Assembly: GCA_032718475.1 (NCBI GenBank)
Contig: JAUCBJ010008544.1
Location: 1-64,000 of the forward strand
DNA length: 64,000 nucleotides
Direction of reading: 5' to 3'
Source of the DNA: Nemertoderma westbladi
Lineage: Eukaryota > Animalia > Xenacoelomorpha
The notes beneath the pieces are model-generated. The model had not been told where the DNA came from. It searched no databases and saw nothing but the letters and a program-made list of their open reading frames with translations. This document shows positions 58,458-64,000 of the stretch, piece by piece. Position 1 is the stretch's first letter. Every line of letters starts with the position of its first letter. Position numbers and translations under genes: made by a program.

Positions 58458-59703
58458 AAAATCAACGTATCAATAGCCATTCTCATCTTGGATAATTTTA
58501 ATGGTTACGATTCTGTCGTTAATTGTCATTTTCTTGACTCTTTGTTTTCTATTAAAATAGCTTTGTACTCTAATAGGTGTCTCAATAAATAATAATAATT
58601 ATGTACTAATTCCTTAATGTTTATTAGTAAATTACATGATTAAAAGTATTATATATCACAAGTATTATCAATATATCTCCGTTGATGTTTTCACCTGCGA
58701 CAGCACTCAGTCACAGTAAAAATCGAAAAAATGGCCTCACACAATGTGAATAACCGTAGATAAAATTCGTAAAAGTAATTCTGCCAAGTTTCGTGACAGC
58801 ATATCGTCGCCAAATCGCATGTAAAAAGTCAAACGTCTAGTGACCATTCACCAGCAGCACTAAACTGGCATACACTGTAAGCATTTATACAAAAATTGCA
58901 ACATGGCAGTTTAACAAAATTAGTAAACATATGCATGCATATATATCAAAATAACATTGTCGTTCTATTTTTTCAAATTAATTACGCAATAGACACAGAG
59001 CTGGATTTAGATTGTAGGAGGGAATCACTTTGTAGGGAACTGGCAGTAAGGGAAATCAACGATTATCTGATGAATCGATGAATCTGATGTTTCTAGAATT
59101 TTTTAAAATTATTTGGTTGAGTGATTAATACCAGTAATTCAAGTTATTTCGTTGTGCGAGCGCCTAGGTCACTAAGTATAGGCGCTATATAAATAACTCT
59201 ATAATGTTATAATAAATCTATAACTCTATAATGTCGGCTGGACTGACCCGTCCCAACCGACAGCCTATTTACATACAGGTTGCTTCGTACTTTACAATAT
59301 CTCTGCAGCAAGGGCTACCTACTGTAACATAGTGAAGATATGGCTTTTTTTAAATATTATTGTCCTTCTCGCCGGCGGCAATTTTATTCTATAGGATTAT
59401 GGATTAAATGCGAGTGAAAAGCTGTAGAAAATCCAAGATTATTAAAACTCGCTCTTATGAAGAATATTAGGTCATTTTTCGGTTGAAATTATATTTAAAT
59501 TTTATATATGGAGCATATTTGTATTTCTTTAATTTATCCTAATTTTTAAGTGTTTTATAGCGCTTATTCCTTTTTATAACCTGCAAAGATAGTAATTCGT
59601 TTATTGTTTTGGTTAAATTCAGCCGTTACGTAACCTTCACTTAATATTCTTAACATGGGGGTATACTGCGAAGTGTAATGTAGCAACGGGCATGAAAGGC
59701 TGT

Positions 59704-59775
59704 GTGGACCCTGGCGGGGCTTGAACATAGAACCGATAGCTTAAAGACTGAGCGCTCAACCAACTAAGCTACCCC
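59704..59775 (-). mobile_element. tRNA-derived SINE head or tRNA pseudogene
   Basis: Minus strand ggggTAGCTTAGTTGGttgagcgc...GTTCAAGCCCcgccagggtcc with A and B boxes; no clean cloverleaf. Confidence 0.5.
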
Positions 59776-60442
59776 GACGTTATAGGGCAATTCCACCATT
59801 GATGTAACACTTACGTCGAAAATAAAAAGTCATCTAATCGGCATAATTTGGGTATCAAAATGACGGCAAAGAATGAAATTTTTAATAAAAGTGACGGATT
59901 TTTAATATTGAAATTGATAAATTTATTTCCATCATATGGTAAAATTTGTGAATGATTAAAAAACAAACATGAGCATTTTTTACTTTAAAAAGACTAATTA
60001 AAAACGATTTAGTGATATAAAAGTGAAGAGTTAGTTTACAAAGTATTTACAAAGGTGTAGATTCTGGAGCTGGGTCGGGGCGTTGTAAGCTCATAAGAAA
60101 CGGAGCTACTCTCAAGTTGCTTCGGCAGGGTGGAATTTTACTACATGAGTTGTAATGCTCATGGCTAATTGCTGGATTACCGCATAACCAGCAAATACAA
60201 CCCTCTGTTGGGCGCCAGCATCGGGGGTCGCTGCAGAGTTTTTGTAAAGACATTGTAGGTCAATAGGGCAACTATTTGGATCATCTACTGCAAGCAGGAT
60301 GGCTGTTGACGAGGAATATCGGCTGATGCCACACCATAGCGAATTTTAATATTCTTGAGGGTAACAACTGTTTTTTCGATTATTGATAGTAACAATGTGT
60401 TGTTGGCAAGCTGTATTTTTCGAGGTGTTTGTTATTATACAT

Positions 60443-60601
60443 TTATTATAGGAATGGATCTAGGGGTCTTAAACTCGAATGATAAGTTTATTTTACCGAA
60501 AATAACTTATCGTTTATTTAATCCCAATAAAAGATAAGTTATTTTCGGTAAAATAAACTTATCATTCGAGGTTAAGACCCCTAGATCCATTCCTATAATA
60601 A
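60443..60601. mobile_element. 159-bp near-perfect palindrome (MITE-like)
   Basis: ttattataggaatggatctaggggtcttaa...aacttatc / gataagtt...ttaagacccctagatccattcctataataa with ~70-bp arms. Confidence 0.8.
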
Positions 60602-61391
60602 CTGGTTTTTCATTATTCAATATGAGGAAATTTTTTTACGTATTTTCAAATTTGCAGAAATTAATCCATGTCATTTTTGACATAATCTTACTACCATTGA
60701 AATTGTCTGATTAAACAGGTAATTCACCAACCGAAAATTCAACATTTATTAAAAGCTATTGATGATAAAAATTTGAATATAGACAGCGTAGCATTGTGTA
60801 TTCAAAGTTTCAAATATTTTAGATTTGGCCTACAGAATTATGTGAGTCCGTAACGAAAAGTACTCAAAGTTTTAATTTGGAGTAGGCCTACACCCCCGCA
60901 TGTATATTGCACTGATAATCATTTTCCTTTGGGTTTACAACCTTTGGGTTTGTAGGTTAGGTAAGAATCATTCTGCTTTTTATACATTATTCACTATGTA
61001 AACTGAAAGTATTCAGCTCCTTTTATTCCTTTAATCCTGTCTCTTACGTCTAATACTGACATTTCTGGTGCTGAAAGGGCCAAACGGCATATATCACGGA
61101 TGACAGAAATTACTGACCAAGATGTTATAGTATGATACCCTCGAAGTTCGCCAAGATTTCATGAAACGAGTGAGCGAATGATGGATTGTGTGATACAAAA
61201 AAATCGCCCATTAGGCCAGGGATTATGCACAAAGTCTCAATAATTATTACCAATGCGTCCCCCAAGACCTATAGATTCCCCAGAAGAAACTCCAGTACTC
61301 ATTTAGCTACCATTTACGGAAGGAAGCCCTGGCTAATAAGTTTGTTTATTGTCTTTAAAGTATTCGTGCCGAAACGAAAACTACCCTGCTA

Positions 61392-61473
61392 GCCCTCATG
61401 ATGGGATCGAACCCACGACCCAAGAAGAGATGTGATTTCAATGCCACTGATTTAACCAACTACGCCAAAGTGG
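61392..61473 (-). mobile_element. tRNA-derived SINE head (body probably extends toward ~61130)
   Basis: Minus strand ttTGGCGTAGTTGGttaaa...GGTTCGATCCCatcatgagggc. Confidence 0.55.
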
Positions 61474-62145
61474 AATAACTTAAGTACAGTGATAGTTAAT
61501 TCATAAATACAACGAAATACTGTTCAAAATTTATTTTCCAGCATAAAAAATTTTTCGTGAACGTGGTATTTATGTTTTTAAAGAACTAGAAATTGGTCAT
61601 TTTAACAATGAAATTATAGGATATTAAATATACACTACTATAATACACACACCAAATATGCCTACTCAATCTCATAGATATGATGTACAATTAACTTCAT
61701 GAACACTACTAAAGATATATCTAATAGTGATTCTTAAGGTACATTGTGAAAGGTATATAAGTAATAAAGATATTTATTGAATAAACACCATAAATATTCA
61801 TTGGTCGTTGCTCTTTTTTTTCTTAGCAATATAAAGAGTGCATAACGATTTCAAGTGTGAGTCCGTAACATTTTTTTCTGTGAGTCCGTAACGAACAATT
61901 TCTCTATAAATGAGATTTACCACCATATGTTTCTGCTATTAACTTACAAATTTACAAAATTTGATGTATCTACCTCGCATTGTGAAAGTTATAACGTATG
62001 GCGTTAAACATTTCAAGAGAATTTGTCAAAATAAAATTGGGTAATTTTTCTTTGTCCAATTGCATGTGAGTCCGTAACGGGCACTATATTTACAATATAC
62101 TATGAATCAAATGAGATACACAACTCTTTTTTATAAGTCAAAGTA

Positions 62146-63845
62146 AACCACTGGGTGCCCACTCCCCACCACTGGTACCCACCAATCACTACTGGGTGCG
62201 TACCCCTCACCACTGTTTGTGCACCCCTCACCACTAGGTGTGCACCCCTCACCACTGGTACCCACCCCTCACCACTGGTACCCACCAATCACCACTGGGT
62301 GTACGCTCCTCTGGACTGGGTGCCCACCCCTCACTACTGGGTACCCACCCACCCATCACCACTTGGTGCCCACCCCCCACCACTGGTACCCACCAATCAC
62401 CACTGGGTGCATGCTCCTCTACACTGGATGACCACCCCTCACCACTGGGTACCCACCCGTCACCAGTGGTACCCACCCATCACCACTGGATGCCCACCCC
62501 TCACCACTGGTACCCACCCATCACCACTTGGTGCCCACCCGTCACCAGTGGTACCCACCCATCACCACTGGATGCCCACCCCTCACCACTGGTACCCACC
62601 TATCACCACTCACTGGGGTGCCCAGGCCCACCCCTCACTACTGGGTATCCGCCCCTCACCATTTGGTGCCCACCCCTCACCACTGGTACCCACCAATCAC
62701 CACTGGGTGTACGCTCCTCAGCACTGGGTACCCATCCCTCAGCACTTGGTTCCCACCCCTCACCATGGGTACCCACCCATCACCATTGGGTGCCCATCCC
62801 TCACCAGTGGTACCCACCAATCACCACTGGGTGCATGCTCCTCTACACTGGATAACCACCCCTCACCACTGGGTACCCACCCATCACCACTTGGTGCCCA
62901 CCCGTTACCAGTGGTACCCACCCATCACCACTGGATGCCCACCCCTCACCACTGGTACCCACCTATCACCACTCACTGGGGTGCCCTGCCCAGGCCCACC
63001 CCTCACTACTGGGTATCCGCCCCTCACCATTTGGTGCCCACCCCTTACCAGTGGTACCCACCCTCACCATGGGGTACCCACCCCTCACCACTTGATGCCC
63101 GCCCCTCAACAGTGGTACCCACCCATCACCACTGGGGGCCTACCCCTCACCACTGGGTACCCACCCCTCACTACTGGGAGCCCATGCCCACCCGTCACCA
63201 CTTGGTGCCCACCCCTCACCAGTGGTACCCAACCCACCCATCACCACTTGGTGCCCACCTATCACCACTTGGTGCCCACCCCTCACCACTTGATGCCCTC
63301 CCCTCACCACTTCGAGCCCACCTCTCACCACTGGGTACCCACCCATCACCATTGGGTGAAAACCTCTCACCACTGGGTACCCACCCCTCACCACTTGGTG
63401 CCCACCCCTCACCAGTGGTACCCAACCCACCCATCAACACTGGGTGCCCACCCCTCACCACTTGGTACCCTCCCTTCACCACTGGGTGCCCACCCCTCAC
63501 CACTTGGTGCCCACCCCTCACCACTGTGTACCCACCCCTCACCACTTGGTGCCCACCTCTCACCACTGGGTACCCACACTGGGTGAGCTGAGCACACCTC
63601 ACCACTGGTTACCCACCCATCACTACTGGGTGCCCATGACCACCCCTCGCCACTGGGTGCCCACCCCACACCACTTGGTGCCCACCACTCACCAGTGGTA
63701 CCCAACCCACCCATCACCACTTGGTGCCCACCCATCACCACTTGGTGCCCACCTATCACCACTGGGTACCCACCCCTCACCACTGGGTGAGCACCACCCA
63801 CCACTGGGTACACACCCATCACCACTTGGTGCCCACCCCTCACCA
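62146..63845. repeat. Degenerate ~21-bp minisatellite (cacccctcaccactgggtacc)
   Basis: Dozens of caccactgg(g)t(a/g)cccaccc units. Confidence 0.93.
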
Positions 63846-64000
63846 AACAGAACCCACCCCTAGACCAACATGTGTTGTTATTGCCAACAACACTCAGGTT
63901 TGATTAGAGCTAATTTACATGTCAACCTACGCGTAGGTTTGTGATATTAGGGATAGAGAATGAAACTTATCTTATTAAAATATATTATATATTAAATTGC

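Noticed and set aside
62155-63863. His/Pro/Trp-rich ORFs
   Set aside because: Products of the degenerate 21-bp minisatellite.

Overview
Repeat-dense eukaryotic (probably invertebrate animal) genomic DNA, almost entirely transposable elements and minisatellites. From left to right: (1) a very large Helitron/Helentron-type exon (212-8122) encoding OTU protease, HUH Rep, PIF1 helicase and an unusual C-terminal SLX1-like GIY-YIG nuclease; (2) several tandem-repeat arrays, one interrupted by a 5'-truncated RTE-like LINE with a 12-bp TSD; (3) a 36-bp minisatellite split by a decayed BEL/Pao LTR retrotransposon (element A, minus strand, 23438-52646, TSD TCGGG), into whose RT region a young, intact, 19.5-kb BEL/Pao element (element B, plus strand, 28453-47970, TSD GAAGG, 2.26-kb LTRs) has inserted; (4) a piggyBac-like non-autonomous element carrying a Foldback-type element; (5) an intronless sulfotransferase ORF, tRNA-derived SINE heads, a palindromic MITE and more minisatellites. 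The most interesting signals are in the BEL/Pao elements. Element B carries ten sense-strand copies of a 20-nt covarying hairpin (GGAAGGCTYGCGAGCCTACC) in all three reading frames and in non-coding DNA, plus an extra 919-aa zinc-knuckle ORF, which suggests an accessory-protein/response-element system. Both A and B lack a tRNA-type TGG primer-binding site; instead the 10 nt abutting the 5' LTR are exactly complementary to a stem-loop inside their own LTR (candidate self-priming). Both also have a 7-nt-loop hairpin directly before the PPT, and B's LTR contains a tRNA-like Pol III unit. Family assignments come from motif recognition only; no database searches were run.
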